This document shows, piece after piece, positions 44,780 to 54,803 of a stretch of 64,000 bases of DNA. The position numbers and the translations under genes were made by a program. Where the stretch lies: assembly GCA_002499195.1 (NCBI GenBank), contig DAKS01000018.1, positions 24,905 through 88,904 on the forward strand, written 5' to 3'. Origin of the DNA: Euryarchaeota archaeon UBA443. GTDB lineage: Archaea > Thermoplasmatota > Poseidoniia > Poseidoniales > Poseidoniaceae. The notes under the pieces were generated by a model that saw only the letters and a list, made by a program, of their open reading frames with translations, did no database searches and was not told the origin of the DNA. Numbering within the stretch: position 1 is the stretch's first letter; each line of letters starts with the position of its first letter.

Positions 44780-46201
44780 TTAAGACTCTTTGATAGCGTT
44801 ATTCAAACCGGTCATCATTGCTTTTCCATCACCGAACAACATCATGGTCTTGTCCATGTAGAATAGATCGTTATCAACACCTGCATATCCTACGGAAAGG
44901 GAACGCTTGATGATGACGACGGTACGTGCTTGGTCAGCATCGATGATCGGCATACCTGCGAGTGGCCCTTCGCCACTACGAGCGGCAGGGTTTGTAGTAT
45001 CATTTGCCCCAATGACGAGAGCGACATCACAATCTGGAAATTCAGGATTGATTTCATCCATTTCAATGAGTTGTTCGTAAGGGACGTTTGCTTCAGCAAG
45101 CAAGACGTTCATGTGACCAGGCATACGTCCCGCAACCGGGTGAATTGCGTACTTGACTTCTGTATCATATTTTTCAGCGACAATATCTGCAAATTCCTTC
45201 ACCTGGTGTTGACACTGAGATACGGCCATTCCGTATCCAGGTACAATGATGACTTTCTGAGCACCATCTAGCATCATAGCAACTTCGTCTGGATCTGAAC
45301 CAACCTTTGTTCGAGTAAGTGACTGCTTTTCTCCCGTTCCACCAAAGGACTTGAACAATACATCTGGAAGCGTACGATTCATCGCTTTGCACATGATGAA
45401 TGTCAAAATCAATCCTGATGCACCGACCAATGAACCAGCGACAATGAGAACCGAATTTCCGATAATGAATCCTGTAAAGGCTGCAGCAATTCCAGACAAT
45501 GAGTTGAGAAGTGAAACAACTACAGGCATATCAGCACCACCGATTGGTAGAACCAAGACGATACCGAGTACAGCAGAAATACCGATGATTCCCCATAGGT
45601 AGTTAGTATCCGTTGGAGCATCGATGCTGAGGTAAATCAAAACCGCTACGCCAATAACCATCATGACCTTGAGTGGGTTGAGCCATACAGGGCCCCAAGT
45701 CGGTGTCTTAATCCACTTTCCGAAGATGCTGACTCCACCTTTGAGTTTGAACATAGCAAGGATGGAACCTGTTAGGGTCATCCAGCCAACGAGTGCAGAA
45801 AGACCCGCAGCGACCATGATTACCGTCAACTCTAGTTCCTGGGTTGGTACCTTTGCTGGGTCTTCTACGTATTTCCAAATCTCGGAAAGTGCAACCAACG
45901 CAGATGCAGCTCCACCAAATCCGTTGAACAAAGCAACGAGTTCAGGCATTCCAGTCATTTCGACACGAATCGCCATCCAAAGACCAATGAGGGAACCTAT
46001 CACAAGACCTGAGCCGATAAGAACCCATTCAATTCCATCACCAAGTCCCATTTGTAGGATGGTTGTAATCACGGCAACAAGCATTCCGAGCGCACCGAGT
46101 TGATTTCCAAATGGAGCGGTTCGTGGGTGGCCAAGTTTCTTCAATCCAAAGATGAACAATGCCGCGGAAAGAAGGTAACCGAGGGGGATCCACTCTTCCA
46201 T
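44780..46201 (-). CDS. pntB: NAD(P) transhydrogenase subunit beta
   Basis: The N-terminus YLLSAALFIFGLKKLGHPRTAPFGN matches PntB (YIVAAILFIFSLAGLS...GN). The C-terminal NADP(H) domain has PGYGMAVSQCQH, HPVAGRMPGHMNVLLAEA and GANDTTNPAA. The ATG at 46201 is preferred over the GTG at 46210. Confidence 0.9.
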   Translation of the reverse strand: MEEWIPLGYLLSAALFIFGLKKLGHPRTAPFGNQLGALGMLVAVITTILQMGLGDGIEWVLIGSGLVIGSLIGLWMAIRVEMTGMPELVALFNGFGGAASALVALSEIWKYVEDPAKVPTQELELTVIMVAAGLSALVGWMTLTGSILAMFKLKGGVSIFGKWIKTPTWGPVWLNPLKVMMVIGVAVLIYLSIDAPTDTNYLWGIIGISAVLGIVLVLPIGGADMPVVVSLLNSLSGIAAAFTGFIIGNSVLIVAGSLVGASGLILTFIMCKAMNRTLPDVLFKSFGGTGEKQSLTRTKVGSDPDEVAMMLDGAQKVIIVPGYGMAVSQCQHQVKEFADIVAEKYDTEVKYAIHPVAGRMPGHMNVLLAEANVPYEQLIEMDEINPEFPDCDVALVIGANDTTNPAARSGEGPLAGMPIIDADQARTVVIIKRSLSVGYAGVDNDLFYMDKTMMLFGDGKAMMTGLNNAIKES

Positions 46202-46202
46202 A

Positions 46203-46514
46203 TCAAGCACCTCCGCGCTTTCTACCAGCGATCATGTTAAGCATTCTATTCGTTACAGCAAATCCACCCACGACGTTGATCATTGCAAGAACGACAGCTA
46301 CGAATGCAAGTATGCCAGAAACAGCAGTGGCTCCACCATCGTAAGCAACATTTGCTCCAATCAATGCTCCTATGATAGAAATCCCAGAAATTGCGTTTGC
46401 ACCGCTCATCAATGGCGTGTGAAGTGTTGCTGGAACCTTGGTAATGAGTTCAAAACCGAGGAAGATTGCAAGTACAAATAGCGTGATATTTCCAATCAAA
46501 AATTCTGGCGTCAT
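46203..46514 (-). CDS. pntAB: NAD(P) transhydrogenase subunit alpha, part 2 (membrane)
   Basis: 103-aa protein with 3-4 TM helices, containing FVLAIFLGFELITKVPATLHTPLMSGANAISGI. It overlaps the pntAA stop by 4 nt. Confidence 0.85.
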   Translation of the reverse strand: MTPEFLIGNITLFVLAIFLGFELITKVPATLHTPLMSGANAISGISIIGALIGANVAYDGGATAVSGILAFVAVVLAMINVVGGFAVTNRMLNMIAGRKRGGA

Positions 46515-47674
46515 TCTAGGGCACCTCCCAATCGTGTTTGCTTTGGATGCATTTCACCGTTTTGACAGATGAGTACACCTCCCATTCCATTGACGTAAAA
46601 GTCACTACCTTCAGGTGCTCCAACGAGAACATCATCCTCTTCAGAGATTACAACTTCTCCCTCTTGTACAAGTGAAGTGATGAAAGTTGTTAGGTTGTTA
46701 GAGTAGAGCATGCTTGCAGTTGTTGCGATCGTTCCAGGAAGATTCGATGTTCCAACAATTATTACGCCATTATCGGTCGTAATCACCTCTCCTGCTACAG
46801 TATCTTCGCAGTTACCGCCAACGTCAGCGTTCATATCGACAACTACGGCTCCTGATTTGAAACCTTGAACTGCACTTGATGGAACGGTAATTGGTGCTGG
46901 TCGACCAAAGATTCGTGCAGTGGTTACGATGATGTCAGCATCGGATGCAACACCACAGACAGTGTCATTGACCTTCTGAATAAATTCAGGCGTCAATGGT
47001 TTGGCATATCCAGCCTCATCTTCGAAGTCATCCATGCCATCAACTTCGATGAATCGACCACCTACTGACTCGATTTGTTCAGCAGCAGACTTTCGGACAT
47101 CAGAAGCATAAACAACAGCGCCAAGACGCTTTGCTGTAGCGATTGCTTGCAATCCTGCAACACCAGAGCCCATAATGACAACTTTTGCTGGACGAACGGT
47201 TCCTGCTGATGTGGTCATCATCGGAATACCCTTTGGTACATGTGCAGCTCCGAGCAGGACTGCTTTGTAGCCAGCGAGATTGTCTTGACTTGAATTGACG
47301 TCCATCGATTGTGCACGACTCAATCGCCGAGGAATCATGTCCATCGATAACAAGGTGATGTTTGCAGCAAGGCAATCTTTGACGTATTGAGGATTTCGAA
47401 ATGGGTCTGATACACAGGCCAGATTTGTTCCCGCTTTGATCCCATTTACGCCGGGGAATCGGATGGTAATGATAGTCTCACAGGCAAGAGCATCTTCTCG
47501 ACTTCCTATGGTTGCTCCAGCAGCTTCGTATTCAGAATCATGATAATTTGCTGATACCCCTGATCCGGATTCAATTATAACTTCAAAACCTGCTTTATTC
47601 AGTTTCCTAAGGCTGGTAGGAACGATTGCAACACGTGTCTCTCCTTCCGGTTCTTTGAGCACACCTAACTTCAT
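46511..47674 (-). CDS. pntAA: NAD(P) transhydrogenase subunit alpha, part 1 (alanine dehydrogenase-like NAD(H) domain)
   Basis: MKLGVLKEPEGETRVAIVP, and the Rossmann motif VVIMGSGVAGLQAIATAKRLGA. The ATG at 47674 is preferred over the upstream GTG at 47722. Confidence 0.9.
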   Translation of the reverse strand: MKLGVLKEPEGETRVAIVPTSLRKLNKAGFEVIIESGSGVSANYHDSEYEAAGATIGSREDALACETIITIRFPGVNGIKAGTNLACVSDPFRNPQYVKDCLAANITLLSMDMIPRRLSRAQSMDVNSSQDNLAGYKAVLLGAAHVPKGIPMMTTSAGTVRPAKVVIMGSGVAGLQAIATAKRLGAVVYASDVRKSAAEQIESVGGRFIEVDGMDDFEDEAGYAKPLTPEFIQKVNDTVCGVASDADIIVTTARIFGRPAPITVPSSAVQGFKSGAVVVDMNADVGGNCEDTVAGEVITTDNGVIIVGTSNLPGTIATTASMLYSNNLTTFITSLVQEGEVVISEEDDVLVGAPEGSDFYVNGMGGVLICQNGEMHPKQTRLGGALE

Positions 47675-47803
47675 GATAACACCGTTGTTTTTTCCGAACG
47701 TTAGGGGGTTCTTCAATACCACCCTTTGACCCTATCAAACAGGACACCAGCATACCCTCTTGATTAAAAGCATCCGGCCTCGACCAACAACTGGCGAGAT
47801 ATC

Positions 47804-48745
47804 ATGACAAGAGGAAGTAGAAAAATCGCAGTAATTGGTGCAGGAAATGTGGGTGCAACGTGTGCTTTTGTACTGGCAAATATGAAGATTGCAGATATTG
47901 TTTTGTTGGATATTTACGAAGGTTTTGCCAAAGGAAAAGCACTCGATATGAGCCAAAATGCAAACGTCTTGAATTATGATGGTCAGATTACTGGCACCTC
48001 GAGTTACGAGGACATTGCAGGTGCTGATGTTGTCGTTGTTACGAGTGGCTTTCCTCGACAGCCCGGAATGACTCGCGAAGATCTGATTGGTAAGAATGCA
48101 GAAATTGTAGCTCAAGTTGGAGCAGGTATCCGGGATCATGCTCCTGATTCGATTGTGATTGTCGTCACAAATCCTCTCGATTTGATGACCTACCACATGC
48201 AGAAGGTTACTGGTTTCCCGGCAAATAGGGTAATTGGTCAAGCAGGTGTTCTTGACAGTGCCCGTATGGCACATTTCATTGCTCTAGAATTGGACTGTGC
48301 TGAAGAAGATGTAAGTCCAATGGTTCTTGGAGGGCACGGAGATACAATGGTCCCTCTTCCTCGTTATACTACGGTTGGTGGCATACCAATTACCCAACTC
48401 ATGTCTCAAGAGCGTATCGATGCCATATCAGCAAGGACCGCTGGTGGAGGAGGAGAGATAGTCAAGTTACTTGAACGTGGTTCCGCATTTTATGCCCCTG
48501 GTTCTGCAGCAGCAGTCATGGCAGAATCGGTGCTCAATAACCGTCGAAGACTTATTCCAGCATCCTGTTTGTTAACTGGACAATATGGCTTGAATGATGT
48601 TTATATCGGCGTTCCTTGCATACTTGGTTCAAATGGAGTTGAGAAGATATTCGAATTGGAATTAACGGATGATGAACTAAATTCACTACAAACATCAGGA
48701 AACTTCTACAAGTCCCAATTAGCTGATGTTTTGAACTACAATTGA
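47804..48745 (+). CDS. mdh: Malate dehydrogenase (LDH-like MDH)
   Basis: KIAVIGAGNVGATCAF and TSGFPRQPGMTREDL, with Arg where LDHs have Gln102. Also VVTNPLD and GGHGDTMVP. Confidence 0.9.
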   Translation: MTRGSRKIAVIGAGNVGATCAFVLANMKIADIVLLDIYEGFAKGKALDMSQNANVLNYDGQITGTSSYEDIAGADVVVVTSGFPRQPGMTREDLIGKNAEIVAQVGAGIRDHAPDSIVIVVTNPLDLMTYHMQKVTGFPANRVIGQAGVLDSARMAHFIALELDCAEEDVSPMVLGGHGDTMVPLPRYTTVGGIPITQLMSQERIDAISARTAGGGGEIVKLLERGSAFYAPGSAAAVMAESVLNNRRRLIPASCLLTGQYGLNDVYIGVPCILGSNGVEKIFELELTDDELNSLQTSGNFYKSQLADVLNYN

Positions 48746-48751
48746 TGATTG

Positions 48752-50026
48752 TTATTTGATACTCTTGATTCCAAACAAGTATCTTGTAACCTTCGTTCTT
48801 CGAACGATCTCAAATGCTATCCAGCACCCAACTGTGACGAAAACACAGCCAAAGAGAACAGCAGGAATATTGGTCAAATCAAATTCTTTCGCTACCCTCA
48901 GTCCTGCGAATGTTATTGGCATGTGAATAATGTAGAAGGGATAGACTCCTTGGTTAAGATATGATAGATGCTTGCTTGGTATATTCATGAAATGTGCACC
49001 CCATGCAAATACAGTGAGACACCAGAACCAAGCATGGAAACTGTGAATGAAACATCCAAAAATAGTCATTTGGTTATGTATAATTCCGTTTTCAAGCCAT
49101 CCTCCGTCCATGTATGCAACGCCATCTGAATGCTGTTTGATTCGAATCAGGACAAATCCGATTGTGAACAACATCGTCAATCCAGTAATTTTGTTTCGAT
49201 TTTTATCGATGAATGTATAGTACTCATCTCTTGAAATAATGCATATGTATCCGAACAGGAAAAAGACGAGATACCAGAACCATTCGTATCCAATTCCAAT
49301 AAGTCCTGGGAACCAAGGTTTGAACATTATTTCTGTCAATGTTAGTATCAATGGTAAAACAATGAAGATACCTAATCCGCCCTTAATTGTGAAGGTAGCA
49401 CGCATTTTTTTTGCTAATCCGCCATCAGGATTCTTCTGAACATAATGGAAAATTGGTATACAAAGAAGAGAATACAAAAACAAATTCCACAAAAACCACA
49501 AATGCCCTAATGCAATGATTTTTCCAAATAAGGGAACCCAAAATACGAACGAAGTGAATAAAACATGAAGTATGAATGCTATAATGGAATCAGTAACTGT
49601 ATTTCCTTCAAGATCAACAGCTCCAGTTAATATTCCGCCAATAAAGCCAACCGTCCACATTCCAAAGAACATTGGAACAAGTAATCGTTGCAAACGTTCG
49701 ATCAAAAATTTCCCCCAAGTACGTCGTTTGAATGCAAAAGCAGTACCCATCCCTGATATCATAAACAATGCTGCAAGTCTCCATTGATGCATCCAATGTA
49801 GAAACATACTAGTCGGATCAATGGACTCGGCAGTGTAATCATTTCCTTCATCGGCAATATCCAGACGTTCATCGGGATCGTCAGTTATGTTGGGGTTGAT
49901 ACCTTCTCCATAGGTCGACCAATACACGCCAATAGCAACATGGAATGGTATCAATAGGCCGAACAAAATCACTCGCAACCAGTCTATGTCGTATCGACGT
50001 TCTGGCTTTTCTGTGCTTGTTTCCAT
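48752..50026 (-). CDS. Acyltransferase family 3 (membrane O-acyltransferase-like) protein
   Basis: RRYDIDWLRVILFGLLIPFHV matches the N-terminal R..lD.lR......vv..H signature. About 10 TM helices throughout. Confidence 0.6.
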   Translation of the reverse strand: METSTEKPERRYDIDWLRVILFGLLIPFHVAIGVYWSTYGEGINPNITDDPDERLDIADEGNDYTAESIDPTSMFLHWMHQWRLAALFMISGMGTAFAFKRRTWGKFLIERLQRLLVPMFFGMWTVGFIGGILTGAVDLEGNTVTDSIIAFILHVLFTSFVFWVPLFGKIIALGHLWFLWNLFLYSLLCIPIFHYVQKNPDGGLAKKMRATFTIKGGLGIFIVLPLILTLTEIMFKPWFPGLIGIGYEWFWYLVFFLFGYICIISRDEYYTFIDKNRNKITGLTMLFTIGFVLIRIKQHSDGVAYMDGGWLENGIIHNQMTIFGCFIHSFHAWFWCLTVFAWGAHFMNIPSKHLSYLNQGVYPFYIIHMPITFAGLRVAKEFDLTNIPAVLFGCVFVTVGCWIAFEIVRRTKVTRYLFGIKSIK

Positions 50027-50053
50027 GGTCTAGATACACTCCTTTGATAGAGA

Positions 50054-50710
50054 TTATGAGGGTGTTCGTCGAATCGCAAGTGCAAATTCAGAACCAATAC
50101 TTATTGCATCATCTGAATCAATGGCAACTTGCATGAGTTGCTTGCCCATTTTGCCTCTACTTCTCATACGTGTAAGGACTTCTTGCCCGATGTAACAGCC
50201 TTTGTCTTCATGAACAAGGTGAGCTAGACCGCAATTAAATGGATGAAAATCCGGTGTAATTTCATATCCTTGGTATGGAATGAGGTTTCGAGTACGATAG
50301 TCAATAAATTCAGCATTTGTGATCGTAGTTTCAAGAGGATTCTTTGTTGATGTAACGATAATCCACCCAAGATATGATCGTGCAATCGTCATTCCTTCCC
50401 GATGTTCTAAAGGTTCAGTGCTCAAGTAAACGTTGTTGATCGAGGATATATCTCGAATAGCAACATCTTGTTGCAGTATTCGTGGCTGTAGATGGCTCAA
50501 TACATTGTCCTTGTAGGGTCCATAGCCAACGATTGCGATATTTTCTCCAACTTCAATGATGTCGATAACATCAATGATTTTTGCATTTGTAGTTGTTAGC
50601 ACTGTGCTACAGGATTTGTCCACTTTGTTAGTTGAGAGACCATCGAAAAACGATAAACGGTCAGAACCAGAAACAATCAGAACGTACGCATCAAGTTGGA
50701 TGATGCCCAT
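50054..50710 (-). CDS. YgfZ/CAF17-like folate-binding protein (GcvT-related)
   Basis: KGCYIGQEVLTRMRSRGK is the hallmark YgfZ motif. 218 aa. Lies 9 nt downstream of the IscA-like gene. Confidence 0.65.
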   Translation of the reverse strand: MGIIQLDAYVLIVSGSDRLSFFDGLSTNKVDKSCSTVLTTTNAKIIDVIDIIEVGENIAIVGYGPYKDNVLSHLQPRILQQDVAIRDISSINNVYLSTEPLEHREGMTIARSYLGWIIVTSTKNPLETTITNAEFIDYRTRNLIPYQGYEITPDFHPFNCGLAHLVHEDKGCYIGQEVLTRMRSRGKMGKQLMQVAIDSDDAISIGSEFALAIRRTPS

Positions 50711-50719
50711 GATCGTTCC

Positions 50720-51100
50720 TCAAGCAAAGGATTCACCGCATCCACACGAACTGGATGCATTTGGGTTGTTGATTTTGAATCCACCACCCATAAGACGGTC
50801 GACGTAATCAACCTCGATCCCATCCAAAAGGTGCGAAGATGCTTTTGGTACGAGAACTCTGAAACCTGAAATTTCTAATTCTTGGCAGTCGACATCAGTT
50901 GATTCCACAATTTGAAGGTCGTACATGTAGCCGGAACATCCTCCCGACAATACACCGACCAACAATGCATGACTTCTATCATCACCAAATGCATCTGTGA
51001 GCATTTCAATCGCCTTTTCTGTAATGGTCAATGAAACATCCACAACCTTTGGTTGTATGACTTCAATCGCTGGAGCCGTCTCGCAAGTTCCGCAGTCCAT
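50720..51100 (-). CDS. Iron-sulfur cluster insertion/assembly protein, HesB/IscA/ErpA family
   Basis: GVLSGGCSGYMYDL together with the C-terminal FKINNPNASSSCGCGESF, giving the three conserved Cys. Confidence 0.85.
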   Translation of the reverse strand: MDCGTCETAPAIEVIQPKVVDVSLTITEKAIEMLTDAFGDDRSHALLVGVLSGGCSGYMYDLQIVESTDVDCQELEISGFRVLVPKASSHLLDGIEVDYVDRLMGGGFKINNPNASSSCGCGESFA

Positions 51101-51141
51101 ACCTAGTCCACCAGCCCGTCCATTATCAATCTGACCTCGAT

Positions 51142-53400
51142 TCAGCGGCGAGCAAGTTTCTTCTTTCGCTCTTTTTCAAGAATTGTGCAACGTCGAATTT
51201 GTTCCTTTGCTCGCTTTGCTTCTTCATCCGAAAGGCCTCTAGGAAGGGATTGTTCATAGCACTTTATTGCATCAGGAAAACGTTCCATTTCTGCATAGGC
51301 AGTACCCATGTTGTACAAGGTCTGCCCACGTACATTCGATGGATCAATCATCATGGCTTTGTGATACGATTCAACACATGCTGGATACTCTTCGAGGAAG
51401 TAATATGCATTGCCGCGACCATTGAGGATTCGAATTACCATTTGATTATCGCCAGCAAATGATGGAAGCGCTCTATCGAAAGATGATAGTGCTTCACGAT
51501 ATTTTCCATCCTCTATCAGTTGAACTCCTTGATTATACCAAGAAATATCTTGATTGGCCACAGAACTTGAGTTTGAAGAAATTATTGGGTTTACTTGCAC
51601 TGTTGTAGTCGCATCGAGTGCAGCCTTCGCCAGATCTACCTCGACATTGACTTCTTGTTCAACGACTTTATCCGGTTGCTCAATAGGTGTAAGCAACAGT
51701 TCATTCGCCGCATTTGTTTCAGGTACGATTTCTTCTTTTATCGGCTCAGCAACAATTTCTGGTGTTTGTTCAAACGATTGAACTGGTTCTGGTGTTAGTG
51801 CTGGAGTTTCTGAGACAACCTCTGGAGGAGATTCCAATTCCCGCGCCTTTGTATGACACCGTTGAGCCGTTTCAATATCACCGGCTGCTTCGAGGGATTT
51901 TGCAAGCCCTTTCCAAAGTGCAGAATTTTCTTTATCGGTTTGTATGAGTTCTTTCCAAACAGTAACCGCTTCAATATTTTCTCCTTTCAAAGTCAACGCC
52001 CGAGCACGGTCAATGGATGCGCCAGGACTCAACAAATCAAGGGCGTATTGAGCCAATTGTGGTGCTTCTGGCATGGTGGGAGGTATCCCGGTAATATATT
52101 CGAGAACCTCAACCTCTGTCTCACCACACTGGAGGAGCATTTGTACGATTTCATCTCGTAATTCTGAATCATCTTGACCTTCCAGAAGGATCATGCCATG
52201 AGAAATTATGGTTCCAACATCGTTCTCTTCCTTTGCATAATCAATCAACTTTCGTCGGGCCTTTACATGTCTCTTATCGAGCTCGATCGTCGTTTCAAAA
52301 GCTTCTTTTGCACCAGCATCATTTCCGTTACGTGCATATAGGCTACCAAGGTTATACCACCCAGATGCAATCGTTTCATCGAGTTTTGTAGCGTGTTCAA
52401 GTGCTGCAATTGCATGGGTATCCAATTCCATTCTTGCCATTGCCCCTCCGGCTATTCTCCAAGCACCTGCATGCTGTGCACCAATTGTTTTTAGGTGGGG
52501 CTTCAATAGAGCAAGTGCCTTTTTCGGCTCACCCTGTCGAATTAGTTCAGTTGCTTCATCGGTCAATCGATCTAGATTGATTTCCTCAACAATTGGCCGT
52601 TGTTCGATTTCAGTCTCGATCGACTCATCTATTTTCTCTTCAACAATTTGTGTTGCTGCAACAATACTTGCAGCACTCTTGAGTTCTTCTTTATCGAGAT
52701 GGCCATCACCGTCAAGGTCGTGATGGGTCGCTTCTGCAAGGATTGCTTCCGAGTCTTCGACACCTGTTTCTTCCATGACAACGTTTAGAGTAGATTCTTG
52801 ATGTGTTGCTTTTGTAACCGTTGATTCAATGGCATCTGGTACTTCTTCTACCGGTGCATGTTTCGTACGATTCAACACATCGGTTAAACTCGGATGTCCT
52901 GGGAAGAATTCCAATCCGCGACGCGCCATTGCGGCTGCACCCGCATCGTCTCCGATTCGGTCAAGTAGAATAGCAAGATTTGCCGTAGCAGGGGCATGTT
53001 CTGGATTTAGATCAAGGCATATTTGGAATGCTTGTCGTGCTCCACGAGCATCTTGTTGTGCTTCAAGAAGTACACCTCGATTGAACCATGCCATGTCGCT
53101 TGATGGATCCAGAGCGATAGCTTTGTTGAATACTACCAAAGCCTCTTGAGGTGAATTGGAACGGGATTTGTATTCGCCTTCTTCGATGAGTGATCTAACT
53201 TGATCTTCAATGCTAACATCCTCTTCAGAATTGTCGGTTTCTTCTGCGGCAGTAACTTCTTCCTCAACCGTTTCTTCTATTGTTTCGGATTCCTCGACCA
53301 CTTCTTCTGAAGCCACCATGGAACCCAATCCTGCGGACTTCAATGCGTCCGCCATATCGTTCATCAATGCATTTGACATGTCATCGTCCTCTGCACTCAT
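51142..53400 (-). CDS. Tetratricopeptide-repeat protein
   Basis: 752 aa, acidic, with many TPR units (e.g. AWFNRGVLLEAQQDARGARQAFQICLDLNPEHA and TLYNMGTAYAEMERFPDAIKCYEQSL). Confidence 0.7.
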   Translation of the reverse strand: MSAEDDDMSNALMNDMADALKSAGLGSMVASEEVVEESETIEETVEEEVTAAEETDNSEEDVSIEDQVRSLIEEGEYKSRSNSPQEALVVFNKAIALDPSSDMAWFNRGVLLEAQQDARGARQAFQICLDLNPEHAPATANLAILLDRIGDDAGAAAMARRGLEFFPGHPSLTDVLNRTKHAPVEEVPDAIESTVTKATHQESTLNVVMEETGVEDSEAILAEATHHDLDGDGHLDKEELKSAASIVAATQIVEEKIDESIETEIEQRPIVEEINLDRLTDEATELIRQGEPKKALALLKPHLKTIGAQHAGAWRIAGGAMARMELDTHAIAALEHATKLDETIASGWYNLGSLYARNGNDAGAKEAFETTIELDKRHVKARRKLIDYAKEENDVGTIISHGMILLEGQDDSELRDEIVQMLLQCGETEVEVLEYITGIPPTMPEAPQLAQYALDLLSPGASIDRARALTLKGENIEAVTVWKELIQTDKENSALWKGLAKSLEAAGDIETAQRCHTKARELESPPEVVSETPALTPEPVQSFEQTPEIVAEPIKEEIVPETNAANELLLTPIEQPDKVVEQEVNVEVDLAKAALDATTTVQVNPIISSNSSSVANQDISWYNQGVQLIEDGKYREALSSFDRALPSFAGDNQMVIRILNGRGNAYYFLEEYPACVESYHKAMMIDPSNVRGQTLYNMGTAYAEMERFPDAIKCYEQSLPRGLSDEEAKRAKEQIRRCTILEKERKKKLARR

Positions 53401-53503
53401 ACGCTTCTCCCATTCTTTGGCATGACTGTTATTGTATAAGCATAATTGTTTATTGAGCAGGAGAAATCAATGGATTCATCTATTGCTTGTACGTGGGAAT
53501 TGC

Positions 53504-54055
53504 ATGGCGGACACTCCACTCAAGGTGATGGGCCTTTCAGGATCAATTGGACGACAATCGAAGAATGGTATGCTGGTTGATTTGGCTCTTAGCAAGGCCG
53601 AAAAGATGGGAGCTGAGATTCATTTCTGGGATCTTCAAGAAAAACCACTACCGCTTGTAGGAGAAGATGGTTGTTGGTCAAATCCAATCGTCAAGGAATT
53701 TCAAGAAATGGCATCTTCCTGCGATGCGTTTCTTGTCTCCTCACCAGAGTACCATGGCACTATGTCCGGCGTCATGAAGAATACTTTCGATTGGGTCTAC
53801 GATCAACATGTAGGAGGTAAAGTGTTTGGATTAATGTCCACATTAGGAGGAATGTCCAATTCAAACACCCTCAATCATATGCGGATTATGCTTCGGTGGC
53901 TCCATGCCAATCCGGTTTCTCAGCAACTTGCAGTTGGTCATGTGAAGGAAGCCTTCGATGATGATGGAAATTTTGTTGACTCTTCAATGGATGAACGTTT
54001 GGATTCACTTGTTGAATCTGTTCTGAAAACTGCTATGATGTATCGTAATTCGTGA
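53504..54055 (+). CDS. NADPH-dependent FMN reductase-family flavoprotein
   Basis: LKVMGLSGSIGRQSKN and FLVSSPEYHGTMSGVMKNTFDW are family signatures. Start set at the ATG at 53504 (MADTPLK). Confidence 0.75.
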   Translation: MADTPLKVMGLSGSIGRQSKNGMLVDLALSKAEKMGAEIHFWDLQEKPLPLVGEDGCWSNPIVKEFQEMASSCDAFLVSSPEYHGTMSGVMKNTFDWVYDQHVGGKVFGLMSTLGGMSNSNTLNHMRIMLRWLHANPVSQQLAVGHVKEAFDDDGNFVDSSMDERLDSLVESVLKTAMMYRNS

Positions 54056-54059
54056 TGTC

Positions 54060-54803
54060 ATGAACGATAATCGTCCATCCTTTGAAGACGCATTTGGTGG
54101 CATGTATCTTCTTGTCGAACCTGGTAGTTTTACTCTAGGTGATCAAGTTGGTTCAGGACATCCAAACGAATCACCTACGGTTTCTGTCGAAATTAAGGAG
54201 CCCTTTTTCCTAGGAGTTCGACCTGTAACCCAAATGCATTGGAGTAGTCTAATGGGGGAAAATCCATCGAAGTTCCAAGAGGGATGGAGTGCAGGACTTC
54301 GTCCAATAGAATCCATATCCTATATCGACATTGAATATTTCTTAACACGACTTAACGACCAGAACACCGAATATGTTGGTTTCCGCGGTACTTGGCGCTT
54401 ACCAACAGAAGCAGAATGGGAATACGTAGCGAAAGCAGGTACTTCGACAAGATGGTCGTTTGGAGATAAGGATTCTGAGTTGGACGCACATGGGTGGCAC
54501 GCAGGAAATAGTGGAGCGACTACAAGAGAAGTCGGTTCAAAAAAAGCAAATCCATGGGGCTATTTTGACATGCATGGATTGGTATATGAATTGATGAGCA
54601 GTCAATGGAAATCTTCTCATCAGGATGAGGATGAGTCAACAAAATCTGCAGACTGGGGAGAATACTACGTAGCCAAAGGAGGTTCTTGGTTTACAGAATC
54701 GGATTCAACACGTTCCTCATCCAGGCGCAGAGTACATCGTAATGATCGCAAAGATGGACTCGGATTACGACTCGTATGGGAGCCCACAGAGCCTGTGAAC
54801 TAA
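54060..54803 (+). CDS. FGE-sulfatase (SUMF1/EgtB/PvdO) family protein lacking the FGE catalytic cysteines
   Basis: WRLPTEAEWEYVAKAG, NPWGYFDMHGLVYE and AKGGSW. The segment after GGSW (FTESDSTRSSSRRRV) has no Cys where true FGEs have C....C. Starts 4 nt after the FMN reductase stop. Confidence 0.8.
   Translation: MNDNRPSFEDAFGGMYLLVEPGSFTLGDQVGSGHPNESPTVSVEIKEPFFLGVRPVTQMHWSSLMGENPSKFQEGWSAGLRPIESISYIDIEYFLTRLNDQNTEYVGFRGTWRLPTEAEWEYVAKAGTSTRWSFGDKDSELDAHGWHAGNSGATTREVGSKKANPWGYFDMHGLVYELMSSQWKSSHQDEDESTKSADWGEYYVAKGGSWFTESDSTRSSSRRRVHRNDRKDGLGLRLVWEPTEPVN

Noticed and set aside
47735-48274. 179-aa minus-strand ORF overlapping the 5' half of mdh
   Set aside because: mdh on the plus strand has canonical motifs along its whole length. 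The antisense translation is Cys/Asn/Ile-rich with no recognisable features. This is a shadow ORF.
53401-53503. AT-rich divergent intergenic region (TTATTGTATAAGCATAATTGTTTATTG) as a structured regulatory element
   Set aside because: It contains only TATA-like stretches, as expected for two divergent archaeal promoters. I found no convincing inverted repeat or conserved box.
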